Made by a program: the position numbers and the translations under genes. A stretch of 63,795 nucleotides of DNA, the filler included, from Octopus bimaculoides (Eukaryota): the NCBI RefSeq assembly GCF_001194135.2. It is 7 parts of 6 records of this genome, joined end to end, with 100 filler letters (N's around TTAATTAATTAA, not from the genome) between each part and the next. Parts side by side here need not be neighbours in the genome. Positions count along the whole stretch, not along the records: positions 36,153 to 38,496 come from NC_068996.1; positions 38,597 to 62,433 come from NC_068997.1; 5 more parts are not named here. One strand, 5' to 3'. Below are positions 36,218 to 49,335 of this stretch, piece by piece. The notes under the pieces are model-generated. The model had not been told where the DNA came from, did no database searches, and worked only from the letters and a program-made list of their open reading frames with translations. The first letter of the stretch is position 1; every line of letters starts with the position of its first letter.

Positions 36218-37613
36218 TGTGTATGTGTGTGTGTGTGTGTGGATGTGTTGGGTTAGATAGGGATATGTGGATATTTTTATTTTTATATACACATTTATGT
36301 ATGAATTTGAGCTTAAACACTATAAAAATATATCTACTAAATTTAAGAGTTCAATTCTAAATACGCCGTTGAACTTCAATGTGTTATTATGTCAACGCAA
36401 TAGTCATAAATAGAATGAATTTGTATATAGATTATTTGGTTCAAACGACCGTTCAGCGAAAAATACCTAAATAGTAAAAAGAAAAGTCTTTACTGACGTT
36501 TCATAATTTCATTCCAGTTTCTACAGCTGCTTCACTAGTCTCATTTATGTTATTTTTAAAGCACCAGTAGTGTTTTGAATTTCAGTTTTATTTCCTGATG
36601 AAACGATCTGGTTATCTCATTCATATTAATTATGTATTTACAAACATTAATCATGTTATCAACTGGAGGATGATTTTTGTATATAGCTGTGGAAACAGCT
36701 ATAGGACTTCGATTTTCATTATTCTAGCACACGCCCCCCACTCTGAGTCCTCTCTTCCTCACTATCTGCCTGCCTGTCTGTCTGTCTGTCTATCTGTTAA
36801 TTTGTGCGTGTGTGTGTGTGTGTTACTGAAAATACGGCGTGACCTAGTATTGTGTATAGCATATGCCAACCAATCATTAAACGACAAACGCAATTTCACT
36901 ACACACCCGTGATATATACGGGTATTACTCGTATTACCTTATGGGTTAAGCTTGTAACAAAAATAACCCATTACATACAAACACTGGTCAGCTATTTTCC
37001 TTGGATTTTAAAGCCGAATGACTTCCAGAAATGCAGATATGGAGGGCTATGGAAATGGGGGTAGGGTAAAACTGCTTGAAAAATTGTATGGAATATTAAG
37101 AAGTTCAAAACACAGTGTATTAAGGATGCACTATTAAAATATTTTATTGGAGTGGTAAAATGTCTTGTGGTTTTCGTTCCAGATCATTATAATTTGGATA
37201 TAAAATTTCCTGAAATTACTTCTGATTGATAAAATAAAATTCGACTAAATCAGAAACTGCTATTATTATTACAGAACCTTTTTATTTGTATGTATTTATA
37301 TATATTTATATTATTATATTTTTTATCCCTTCAATTTTTGCGAGTCAATTTGTTTTACTAGTTTCTTTATTCCCTTTATTGATTATTTCACCCCAGATTA
37401 CATTATATGTTGTCCTCCATATGATATAGTTATAAATAAATATCTAGGTGAATAACATCACTGCTAAACAACTTATGTAACGAGAAATATAAATTCAGCT
37501 CTCCATTCCTGTTTGTGTAAACACCTATAAATGAGTTATATGTAAATGTGCGCATACATGTATAGGTAAGTGTTTGTGTGTGAGAGTAAAAATAAATACA
37601 AAAAAAGGGTTTT

Positions 37614-37665
<52 letters not shown>

Positions 37666-37810
37666 CTATATCTATATCTCGTTCTTTATACTTTTCTTAT
37701 ATCTACACACACACATACATTCTGTGTATACATATATATGTATATATACATGATACATACATGCATACACATATACATACATTCATACACACACACCCAC
37801 ATACGTAAGA

Positions 37811-38222
37811 GGCAGGAGTGGCTGTATGATTAGAAGTTTGCTTACCAACCACATGATTCCGGGTTCAGTCCCACTGCGTTGCACCTTGGGCAAGTATCTT
37901 CTATTATAGCCTCGGGCTGACCAAAGCCTTGTGAGTGGATTTGGTAGACGGAAACTAAAAAACAAGCCCTTCGTATACACACACACACATATGTATGTAT
38001 GCACCTGTGTTTGTCCTCCCACCATCACTTGACAACCGATGTTGGTGTGTTTACCTCCCCAAAACTTAGCGGTTCGACAAAAAAGAATAAGTACTAGGCT
38101 TAAAAAGAATAAGTCCTGGGATCGATTTGTTTGACTAAAGGTGGTGATCCAGCATGGCCACAGTCAAATGACTGAAAGAAGTAAAAGAATAAAAGAATAA
38201 AAGAATAAAAGAATAAAAGAAT
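37811..38222 (+). mobile_element. SINE family A, near full length
   Basis: Head, CACCTTGGGCAAG core, internal (CA)/(TA), tail, terminal (AATAAAAG)n. Confidence 0.92.
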
Positions 38223-38596
38223 ACTATTTATTAAAGCCGGAAAAATAATCTTCACAAACTGTTTCGCGTGACTGCGTGACTGTTTGCCTGGCAGTATTAT
38301 CGCAACTGTCTGACTAACGGTCGAGTGAAACTGAGCAAGAGTTTGTGAGGATTTAGGGTCTTTGTGATTTTCTTCACTATTTACAATTTTGTTCCAATTA
38401 ATTTCAAATTTGAGTTATGGATTAAGTTTTTTATACTAATTATGAAAATGAAATTCATTTTTCATGTAAATCCTTCCTACTTACCTACCTACCTACNNNN
38501 NNNNNNNNNNNNNNNNNNNNNNNNNNNNNNNNNNNNNNNNTTAATTAATTAANNNNNNNNNNNNNNNNNNNNNNNNNNNNNNNNNNNNNNNNNNNN

Positions 38597-38795
38597 TGAC
38601 AAAATCTTTAGCACATCGGGCAAAATGTTTAATGACATTTCATCTGTTTTCACATTCTGAGTTCACATTCTGCTGAGGTCGGCTTTGCTTTTCATCCTTT
38701 CAGGATCAATAAATTAAGTACCAGTGATACACTGGGTCAATGCAATCGACTAGTCCCCTTCCCACAAATTCAAGAAGGATTATTATTATTATTAT
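38597..38795 (+). mobile_element. SINE family B
   Basis: CTGAGTTCAC..GGCTTTGCTTTTCATCCTTT..AAGTACCAG, ending in (ATT)n. Confidence 0.8.
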
Positions 38796-38829
38796 TATTA
38801 AGTTGGCAAGCTGGCAGAAATGTTTTAGC

Positions 38830-39330
38830 ACGGGTTTTCATGCGCTTAGCTTTTTCTGCGCTTGTTTCTCGTATGTTTAATTCCAGAATTTGTTGTATTT
38901 GGAATTCCCTTAGATATTCCTTTGCCTGTTTTGTTACTGAGTAAGATGCTTTCTTGCTTTCATGTTTTGAGACAAGTTTTAACATCCAGTCCTCAGAGTT
39001 TTTCAGGTAGGTGTCTAGGCCAATTGTGGAAATCTTCATTGTTAATGCCAGTTGTAAAAGTCCATGGCCTCCCTCTTTTATTGGCAGATAAAGTCATTCT
39101 ATATCTGCCTTAGGGTGGTGCTTTCTAAGCATTGTCAACAGTTTTTGTATTTTTCTGTCAAGATTACATATTTCAGTAATTGACCAGTTAATGATATTGA
39201 AACTGTAAGTCACGACTGGTATGGCTAAAGCACCGATTGCTTCGATCCTGTTTCTTGCGTTTAGCTCTGTCTTGAGTATTGCTCTCACCCTGCGATAACA
39301 TTCTCTCCTGATCCTTTCCCTCATCAAGGC
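38830..39330 (-). mobile_element. R4/Dong-like LINE internal fragment
   Basis: RRVRAILKTELNARNRIEAIGALAIPVVTYSFNIINW..LDRKIQKLLTMLRKHHPKADIE..KEGGHGLLQL. Confidence 0.85.
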
Positions 39331-39399
39331 AATGAACTGGTAGAATCATTATCACACTGAACAAAATACTTAGCAGCCTTTTGTCCATCTTTATACTTC

Positions 39400-39660
39400 G
39401 AGAGTTCAAATGTCATTGAGCTCAATAAGTACCAGTTGAGCACTAGGTTCAATGTAATTGACTAACCCCCCTCCTCAAAAATTTCAGGTTTCGTGTCTAT
39501 AGTAGTAAGAATTATTACTATTATTATTATCATTATTCCACCGAGGTTGACTTTGCTTTTCATCTTTCGGGGTCGATGATATAAGTACACTGGGGTCAAT
39601 GTATTCAACTAACCTAGTCCCCTAATATTTCTGGTCTTGTGTCTATAGTAGAAAGGATTA
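39400..39660 (+). mobile_element. Two partial family B SINEs in an (ATT)n context
   Basis: AAGTACCAG..GGTCAATGTA..GTGTCTATAGTAGAAAGGATTATT tails. Confidence 0.7.
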
Positions 39661-39905
39661 TTATTGCTATTACTGAGTGAGAGAGCAGCTCATGCCATCA
39701 AAGTGATGCTAGGGTACAAATATACAATGTCCAATATGCCCTTCATGACTAGCTGTCTGATAAGGGTACAACAGGCACACACATCACATTTGCATATGCC
39801 AAACATGTTGGCCTCATATCAAGATAAACAGTACATGGCCTTCCAGGTGGGGTCCAATTAGAATTTTCTTCAGGTTGGCTCTGAAAAACAACGCTCTCCC
39901 TAGAC

Positions 39906-40259
39906 CAGTGGTTCTCAACCAGAGTTCATATGGCCCCTGAGGGTCCATATAAGATTGGGGGTGGGGGGCACATAACAAAATAGTAAATTGGGGGTCCAAA
40001 ATAGTATTTTATGGGCCCCTGAAAAAATTTTGCTTTAGATGTATGTATTGGTTTGTATTCTAAGAAACAGTTAGGTTTCTTTTCCTAACGTTTTACATAG
40101 GTCAACCTACATGAGTTAATGTGTGAAAAACAAAATAGGAATTTTGAATAAAGTTTCTAGAAAACTAGTTTTAAAACATCAAATGGCTATGGGTGTTGGC
40201 CAGAATAAAATAGTAAACAAAGGGGGTCTATAGATAAAAAAGATCATTGAGAACACCTG
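39906..40259. mobile_element. hAT-Charlie MITE (354 bp)
   Basis: TIRs CAGTGGTTCTCAAC / TTGAGAACACCTG; 8-bp flanks CCCTAGAC and CTCTAGAT (nTCTAGAn-type TSD, 6/8 identical). Confidence 0.88.
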
Positions 40260-40899
40260 CTCTAGATTCAAGTTTTACACTGTGATATAAATCAACCATG
40301 ACAAATCCTGAGTAATTGTGTTAGCAACATACCAATTATACAACTTTCAGGCGTAATAAACAAATGACATTATATAACAAAAAATGCTAGTTGCTTGAAT
40401 ATTGGACAGATCATGTTCTAGTATCAACAAAAGCATTGATAACGGATGGCTCGACTCATACATAGACATTTGTACAGAGTAGTTGAAAGATTATTATATA
40501 TTATATAAATAGAATAGTTTATTCTTGATTGTCAAGTTAAGACAAATTTTAGAAATAAAATAAAAATGATAGTGTAGTATTCAAACAGAAACGTAAATCA
40601 CAACTAAATAAACTTGCCAGAAAAACAGCTGCATTGTCAAGTTTGTGTTAATAAGGAGCTTGTCACTAATGTATTACATATAGCATAGTGTGTTATGTTT
40701 AATGTCGTGATTTAGTTATTAGAGTTAATATCACAATTGTAGGATTGTGGTTTTGATTCCAGGATTGGGTGGTGTGGTGAGTTTTTGAGCAAAACACTTT
40801 ATTTTGCATTGCTCCAGTCGACTCTGCTGTAAATGATTTATCCTGCATTGGACTGGTATCTTGTTTTGGGGAATGTTGTGATTTTGGTCACTTACAAGT

Positions 40900-41290
40900 C
40901 ATCTGCTTATGGAGCAGAGTGCCATTGATGTTGGGAATCTTGCTAAGAGATCACACCCAGAATGAGGAGATCAGGGATAGAACTGGAGTGAACGACATCG
41001 TTGCAGAATACCGCCATGCAAAAACTACAATGTGCCAGTCATGTCGGAAGGTTCATGGACAATCGGTAGACCCATGCAGTTGTTGAGTAGCACTGACATG
41101 AATGGAAGAGATCTCTTGGAAGACCTCCAATCAGGTGAGAAGATGATATAAGAAAGATGTTTGGAATAATGTGGAGGAGAATGGCAGGAGCATGTGGGTA
41201 ATGGATCGACTGCTGGGGCCAGCAGAGCTGACTTGGCACCAGACAGCTGGGCTGATCCAGATGATCCAGGTGACAAATCATGCAAATCAC
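40900..41290 (+). mobile_element. RTE-clade LINE C-terminal remnant
   Basis: MLGI..RDHTQNEEIRDRTGVNDIV..SHVGRF.DNR..RSLGRPPIR.EDDIRK (frameshifted). Confidence 0.75.
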
Positions 41291-42783
41291 ATAACTGGCC
41301 CTATGAATCTTCAGATTCTAGATTGTAATGTTCCAGTGTCAGTGATTTACTTACTTATAACACCTGAGTTTACCTTAACTGAACAAACCTATGATCAAAA
41401 TTACACTCAAGCCATGTCAGCTTGAAAAATGGATGTTAAATGATGACGATGATGATAATCCGATGTGAGGAAAGATAATCTCATTTTTAGCAAACAAGGG
41501 TGACAACCCCATGCATGTTATAGTCTTGTTAAGTTATAGGTAATTTTGGTTTTATAAAATCTCCTCAGGAAATAAGCAATATATAGAGAGGAAAGTGAAT
41601 CTGATCTTTTGCTGATAGGTGTGTTAACTCTATGTATATTTCAGTTTATTAAACCTCTTTAGGAAATAGGAAATGTAGTGAACAGAAAGATAGCCTGATC
41701 TTTAGCAAAGGGGGAACAACTTTGGATATATTTCAGCGAGATTGTGTTAATAGACATCATCAGCAAATCATAGTTTGCTTATAAAGGGAGACATTTATGC
41801 ATATACAAGGATTGTACAAACACTAGTGTGACAAAACAAGGTAAAGCCCATGGTTACACCTTTTTTAACAAAAAAAAAAAAAAGGAAAAAAAAGAAAAAA
41901 TATGTATTGATGTCACCCAAAAATTGTGTTTGGTCATAGTTCAGCAAATATATATATATCTGTAGCATGAAATATTTCACAAGTGAATAAAGGTGATAAT
42001 CAAAAACCAGCTTGAAATTTGAAACGATAGTGTGAATTGTGGATTATTTATTGAGTGTTTTATTGGGCAATTCATGACAAAAGAATAACTAGATTCATAA
42101 CGTGCTAGGACAGGGTTTGTGAAAGACATTACATGTATAATTGTATAGAGCTGAACAAATTTTCACAACATTTAAATAAACATATTTCAAGAGTAAATAC
42201 GTTACATGCCTTCTTTACAAAAAAAATTTCAAACAAAAAGTAGGCCTTAGAAGGCCTATGATAACAGAACCTATAAAAGCTTCCTACAGAATTTGCTTGA
42301 ATGCTGAATTATTTCTCTCTCTCCACAAAACAATAGTCCAATAACCTCAGGTCAAAATATTCCCTATCTATATTAACAAACATATCAGCTGAAGCAAATT
42401 AATAACCATTACTTATTGAATGGTAGGACACTGGGTGTTTTTAGTGTTTTTTTTTTTTACTTTGTTCTGAAATTCACATGTTCATTTGTAATTATTCCAT
42501 ACTTACAAAGACACACCTTATAATTAACCAGAGCTTTATTTTAATGAATGGAAGTTAAGTTTAGACTATTCCGGCAAACACAGAGGAAAACAATTCTGTA
42601 TTGGTTTACAAGGAAAAGGAAATGGTTCTCAAGGTTTTTAAGTACAAAAGAAACTGTGAGAAATAAGGCCAAAAGAAATATTTATTCAAATATTAACACC
42701 ATTCTCACTTGTGATTAGTGTTCACTTTACATCTACATATATATACATCTATATATATATATACATCTATATATATATATATC

Positions 42784-43090
42784 GCCTGACTGGCCTTGTA
42801 GGGTTTTCGAGCGAGATCGTTGCCAGTGCCCCTGGACTGGCTCTTGTGCGGGTGGCACATAAATGACACCATTTCGAGCGTGGCCGTTTTCATGCGGGTG
42901 ACACGTAAAAGCACCCACTACACTCTCTGAGTGGTTGGCGTTAGGAAGGGCATCCAGCTGTAGAAACTCTGCCAAATTAGATTGGAGCCTGGTGTTGCCA
43001 TCCGGTTTCACCAGTCCTCAGTCAAATCGTCCAACCCATGCTAGCATGGAAAGCGGACGTTAAACGATGATGATGATGATGATGATGATT
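42784..43090 (+). mobile_element. Retroelement 3' end with (GAT)n tail (RTE-type tail)
   Basis: GAGTGGTTGGCGTTAGGAAGGGCATCCAGCTGTAGAAAC..CCATGCTAGCATGGAAAGCGGACGTTAAACGATGATGATG; partial relatives at about 46609-46720 and 60790-60905. Confidence 0.75.
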
Positions 43091-43434
43091 TATTCCAAAT
43101 CTATTGAATTTACAGAGACAAAACGCTTATTACATGTATCTTTAATACATTTTGATTTTTTTTTCTAAGTGCAGTATCTAGGACATTTTACAGGGCTTCC
43201 AAGTCGTACGAGAAGAGAAAGGAGAGGCCCTTACTCTCAGACAAAGTGGTGACCTTGCTTGAACACTCACCACTAAAAGCACTCAAGGACCAGGTAATTG
43301 TGTTAAACAGAGTGACAGTTTAACACCCTTTCATTAAAATATTGCAGGAATTGTACTCCTACTTGCAACTAGTAATCATATTAAACCTAAACTGAGTTCC
43401 AATCCATGGAGTTTACAGGAAAAAAATTATTATT

Positions 43435-45071
43435 ATTGAAAGTGAGTGGGCAAAATGTTAGAGTGTCAGATAAGTACTTTGTAGCATTCCCTCTGGCTCT
43501 TTACGATCTTAGATCAAATTCTAGTGAGGTCAACTTTGCCTTTCATCCTTTCGGGAATCAATAAAATAAGTACCAGTAGAACACTGGGTTTGATGTAATT
43601 GACTTACTACCTCCTCTGAAAACTGCTGGATTTGTGTCAAAGTTTGAAATAATAATAATAATAAATTAAATACCAATGAAACATAGGGGTTGATGTAATC
43701 AATTAGTCCCCTCCACCAAAATTTTAGGTCTTGTGCCTATAGTAGAATGGATTATTATTATTATTATTATATGTTTGGCTTTTGCTTTGTATTTGTACAA
43801 GTTGGCTCTAAGTCTCACTCAGAGACCTCGATAGACAGCAAGTTAGAAGTTCAAGTTGGTGTTATGGCTAGGGTGCCATATTTTTGGTTTTGCACAGAGT
43901 AGTGTTCTAGAAAATGTCTACCAAAACATAAGTAAATTAGAAGTTTGTTTTAGAAGTAATTTGATTAAAGGATGATAGTCTGATGTTAAGACGACAGTAA
44001 AAGGGGTTTGCTATTATGTACATTGAATAAGGATTTTGACACTGTTTACAGATTAAAATGTTTTGGGAATTACATGGACAAAATTTTATGTAGGATATGA
44101 ACAGTTCCCGTGAACACTAGTTTTTTCATTTCTTTGATTTTTGGATTTCCTGATATCTGAGATAGATAGCAATCAGCCCCTTTTGCTATTATTATTATTA
44201 GTAGTAGTATTCAACTTGATTCAGTTTTGGCCTTATTACTGGTAGAATTTATGTGGATAGTGGGTTACTACTAGTAACCTTAGATATCCACAAGCTTTCG
44301 ATAATCTTTCAAGTGCTCAAAACTCTTCCAATAATCTTTCCTGTTTCTAAAAGGTAAACTTTCTGTAGAAACTCTACAGGACATTCCATTCCAGTCTCCT
44401 TTAACCATTCATTCGTCTACATCATTGACTTGTGTCTCGGAGGGGAACTATTTAGATTTTACCTTTATACTGATAATTGAAAATAATTCTTTGTAAAATT
44501 TTTTTCATGAGTAAAGGTGTTTAACAAAATCAAAAATTATTTATGATTCAACCCAATATCCTATTGCACCAATTATTACAGACACAACCTTTACAGTTTT
44601 TATTATTATTATTATTATTGAAGGCATCACATACTATTCAATATTGTGATGTTGCAGTCTGAAGATATTGTGTATACTAGGGATTTGTACTACCTGTCAA
44701 GTCAAAACAAGGACTTCAGACATACAGTACTTTGTGCAGTATGCATGCAATTCCAAGTAAAGCCATTTTATGTAGTTGTTATTATTAATTATTATTATTA
44801 TTAATATATGTTTGACTTTTGCTTTGTATTTGTACAAGATGTCTCCAAGTCTCACCCAGGGACCTCAAAAGACAACAAGTTAGAAGTTCATGTTGGTGTT
44901 ATGCCTAGGGTGTCATATATTTGGTTTTGGACATATTTGGTTTTGCACATTCAAGAGAATGTTTAAGAAAACATGAAAATTATGAGTTTGTTTTAAAATT
45001 TGAGATTACATAGACAGTATTTTACATAGAATATGGGCAGTTCCCATGAGCACTATCTTTTGAATTACTGC

Positions 45072-45113
<42 letters not shown>

Positions 45114-45130
45114 CATTATTATTAATAATG

Positions 45131-45164
<34 letters not shown>

Positions 45165-46146
45165 GGCAGTGAGCTGTCAGAATCATTAGCACACTGGACG
45201 AAATGCTTAATGGTATTTCGCTTGTTGCTCCGTTCTGAGTTCAAACTCCACTGAGGTTGACTTTACCTTTCATCCTTTTGGGGTCAATAAATTAAGTACC
45301 AGTTGAACACTGAGGGTCGATGTAATCGTCTCATCTCCTCTCCTAAAATTGCTGCCCTTGTGGAAGAATTTCAGACTATTATTATTAATATTAATATTAT
45401 TATTACTATCATTACATACATTATTAATAATAATTATTATGTGGGGATGCATGGCCTAGTAGTTAGGGTGCTACACTCACCATCATGAGATTGTGGTTTC
45501 AATTCCTAAACCAGGTGGTGAGTTGTGTTCTTGAGCAAAACACTTCCTCTTGCATTGGTCTGCAATCACTTTGACATCTGACATTTGATACACCGTGCAC
45601 CTGTTCAGGTAACATTGATTTGGAGGGAATGTATGTCACATACATTTGATCACTATAAACAGATCATTAGTGCAACACTCATATGTTATCTTTGATGGGA
45701 GAGTCCATCATTATTATTATTATTATTATTAAGGCAAGCTGGCAGAATTATTAGCAAACCAGGCAAAATGCTTGGTAACATTACATTCTGAGTTCAAGTT
45801 CTACCATGGTCAACTTTGCTTTTCTTCCTTTTGGGGTTGATAAAATAAACACCAGTTGAGCACTGGGGTCAATATAATCAACTTGCCCCCTCTCCCAAAA
45901 TTGCTGGCCTTGTGCTACAATTTGAAACCATTAATGTTATTATTATTATTTGAAGGCAGCAAGCTGGACGAAACGCTTAGCAGTATTTCACCCGTTGGTA
46001 CATTCTGAGTTCAAATTCTGCTGAAGTCAACTTTGCTTTTCATCCTTTCGGGGTCAATAAATTAAGTACCAGTTGCATACTGAGGTCAATGTAATTGACT
46101 AGTCCCCTCCCCATAAATTTGAGGACTTGTGCCTCCAGCTGGAAGG

Positions 46147-46160
<14 letters not shown>
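43435..46160. mobile_element. Cluster of family B SINEs (plus) and R4/Dong-like 3' ends (minus) separated by (ATT)n tracts
   Basis: SINEs at about 43435-43755, 45163-45380, 45731-45935 and 45952-46150; LINE ends at about 43760-44170 (KLVFTGTVHILHKILSM*), 44310-44580 (LQKVYLLETGKIIGRVLST*), 44630-44760 (LGIACILHKVLYV*) and 44790-45075 (IVLMGTAHILCKILSM*). Confidence 0.8.
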
Positions 46161-46186
<26 letters not shown>

Positions 46187-47754
46187 TAATAAGAGGAGAA
46201 AAGACAATGTCTTTTGAAGGTCTTCAAGATTAATAAGAGGAAGAAGGGAGAATTTTCTTCTCAGAATGGAAATTTGACCTAAATACTTGCAACAGGGTGA
46301 ATTCCACCAAAGGCAACCATGTGATATTAAACCAGGCAACAAATTAAGTTTGCCCAGTGCTTTCTAAAGTAAGGGGCACACAAGCTACTTGCCTAGGGGC
46401 ACCATAGATGTAAATGGGGATGAGGGTATAGAGAAGGGCCTAGAGCTTATTTATGTATGCCATGGCTGCACATCGAAAGTTTTCAGTGCATGGCTTTTTT
46501 TCTGACTGTGGGGCTATAATGCTGCCAAGATGGCTCTTCCCTACCACCCAAGGACATTAACACGGTCCTTCCAAAGGGTTTCTCATCACAGTTTCCATCT
46601 ACAAAATTTTACTCCCAAGGTCCCAAGGTGCTGGTGTCACATAAAAATAACGTGTGCCAGTGCCATGCAAAAACACACCCAAGCTGGTGCCACATAATAA
46701 GTGCCCATGCTGATGCCATGTACACATATACTGATAGATAGATAGATAGATAGATAAAGAGATTGGGGTAGAGTTGTTTATTTACTTTATGCACCAGTAG
46801 TCTTGTAACAACCATAATGTGTCATCTCATTTATGATCTTTAATTGATTTTTATCAACCCCACCCAACACGATAGCGATTTTAGCCAGCTACATATTTTA
46901 TCGAACTCTTATTTTCTGAACCATTAACTGGCCATAAAGGGACAAACCTTATATATATAACTAATGAAAATATGATGTAAATAATGTATATCTAAGATGA
47001 GCTGTCTGCACAACTTTCGTTCTGTCAACCAAATTCCATTGATAACTAACAATAGTTCAGCTCTAGGCTATGGGACAGACGGGGACCTCTTTGAATGGAC
47101 GTTATGTGTTTTGTATTCTTTTTCTCTCTTACTTACTTCATAAAAAATTTTGTCATGAGCTCCGAATTAATTCTCAATTAGTTCTGGATCTGCTTCGGTG
47201 AAAATCGTTCAGATGAAGTGGAATGTGCCCCTGTTTATATATACACACGCGACCGCACACACATATATATTATATGTACATAAATATCTACACAGTATAT
47301 ATATATATATATATATATATATATNNNNNNNNNNNNNNNNNNNNNNNNNNNNNNNNNNNNNNNNNNNNNNNNNNNNNNNNNNNNNNNNNNNNNNNNNNNN
47401 NNNNNNNNNNNNNNNNNNNNNNNNNNNNNNNNNNNNNNNNNNNNNNTATATATATACTTCCGTGTATATATATATATATACTTATATAAAGTTTGTTGTT
47501 TTATTTTGAATTAAAAAGCCGGAAACACACACACACAAACACATGTATGTAATATATAAGCATGTGTGTAAATATATGTGCATGTATGTATATATAGAGA
47601 GACAGAGGCAGACAGAAAGTATGAAAAAGAGAAAGAGGGGCGTGCATCTATACATAAACGCACGAACACAAACCATTTTAGTTCTATACTCACACCCGCA
47701 CATAAGTAAATTCATACATAAACGAACAACATAGAAATTTAAAGTCTGTATATA

Positions 47755-48300
47755 GTACTTACTTCTGACATGATTGGAGAACAAATTGAACGGTAAGTTG
47801 TCGACCCGATTGAGTTTTCTTATCTGCCCTCGTCTCCGTCAGTATTTTACGGACGATATATTATGTTTCGCTGCTGTTCGACAAGATATTGCGACATACA
47901 ATGTTCATTCAAAGCTTACACGCGGTTATGATTACTACGACAGCGCGCATTTGCTTCAATCACCTGTGACGTTATTTCCCTGACTGTCACTTAAAACTCT
48001 TGGGAGTTTTTCACAGACGGGCTATTTTGAGTAGAATGTTTTGTCAATTGAAAAGCAGTCGATCCAACCAATTGACTCTTATAAATAATACTACGATAAT
48101 AATACTATTTTAAGCAGTATTTGAATTACGATGTTTGTTTGTGTTTTGGCATTTCTTTTGTTTTGTGGGTGTGTGAGGGAAACAAGTTCTGACGTAGTTC
48201 ATATAAACAAGTTCGTTCGCCGCCACGTCAGTGAAGCAATTACCCATTGAAAACGAGTTCAAAACTTCGTTTTTTTTTTCTCTTCTTTCTTTTGGATCAA
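47755..48300. promoter_or_regulatory. CpG-enriched promoter-like patch with a candidate minus-strand first coding exon (ATG TCA GAA|GTAAGT, 47771-47763)
   Basis: Unique CpG-rich sequence, GTAAGT donors on both strands, CCAATCA and ACGTCA-type motifs. No downstream coding exon identified. Confidence 0.3.
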
Positions 48301-48499
48301 CTTTCCTGGGGGCAGTCAACATTTTCAATTTTGATCTAAAGCACCGACTGCACGTTTCTAACAGAAAGTGAATTGTGTTGCTGCTCAAATACTTTTTCCT
48401 TTTGTTATTTTTATCGTATTTTTTTGTGCGGTGGGTGTGTATAACGGGGAGATTTTTTTCTGAATTTTTTACTTTCAGAAACAAAATATATTTTCACAA

Positions 48500-48880
48500 A
48501 TGTAACTGTATGATAAGGGGCTTGCTTCCCCACTACATGGTTCCAGGTTCAGTCCCACTACGTGGCACCTTAGGCAAACGTCTTCTACTGTTGCCTCAGG
48601 CTGACCAAAGCCTTCAGAGAAGACAGAAATTTAAAGAAACCCGTCGTATATACATATAATACGTGTGTGTGTGTGTGTGTGAACGCCTCTTGACAACAGG
48701 TGTTGGTTTGTTTACACCCCCGTAACTTAACGGTTCGACCGAAGAGATCGAGAGAATAAGTACCAGGCGTTAAAAAATAAATACTGTAGTCAGTTCATTT
48801 GACTAAAAATTCTTTAAAGTGGTGCCCCAGCATGACCGCAGTCTAATAACTAAAACAAGTAAGAGATAAAAAAAAAAAAA
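48500..48880 (+). mobile_element. SINE family A
   Basis: CAGGTTCAGTCCCACTACGTGGCACCTTAGGCAAACGTCTTCTACT..GGTGCCCCAGCATGACCGCAG. Confidence 0.9.
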
Positions 48881-49176
48881 ACCTAACAAGGACTATATCA
48901 GCAAAGCAAATAACCTTCTCTAAATGCATTAGAAATACTATAACATATTTCAGAAACACTATTTCAGAAAATTATCTCCATTCTCTTTGAGCATATAAAA
49001 GACAAATTTACATTGGGCAAAATGAGTAAGATACAATAAGGTAAATTTGCCTCTTCATTTCTCTGGAATTACATTTGGTAAAAGACTCATACATATCATT
49101 ATCCATCCTTAGACATCAATAAGATCAGAAATGCAACAAATATGTGGGTCAAATGAGAGTGGATCATGGAAAGTCA

Positions 49177-49335
49177 ATGGCTGTGTGGTAAGTAGCTTGC
49201 TTACCAACCACATGGTTCCGGGTTCAGTCCCACTGAGTGGTACCTTGAGCAAGTGTCTTCTACTATAGCCTCGGGCCGACCAAAGCCTTGTGAGAGGATT
49301 TGGTAGATGGAAACTGGAAGAAGCCCGTCGTATGT
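49177..49335 (+). mobile_element. SINE family A head half
   Basis: GGCTGTGTGGTAAGTAGCTTGCTTACCAACCACATGGTTCCGGGTTCAGTCCCACTG. Confidence 0.9.

Noticed and set aside
43194-43293. 100-nt AG..GT-bounded open segment (ASKSYEKRKERPLLSDKVVTLLEHSPLKALKDQ)
   Set aside because: No recognisable homology or compatible neighbouring exons; also open on the opposite strand, so possibly a decayed repeat.
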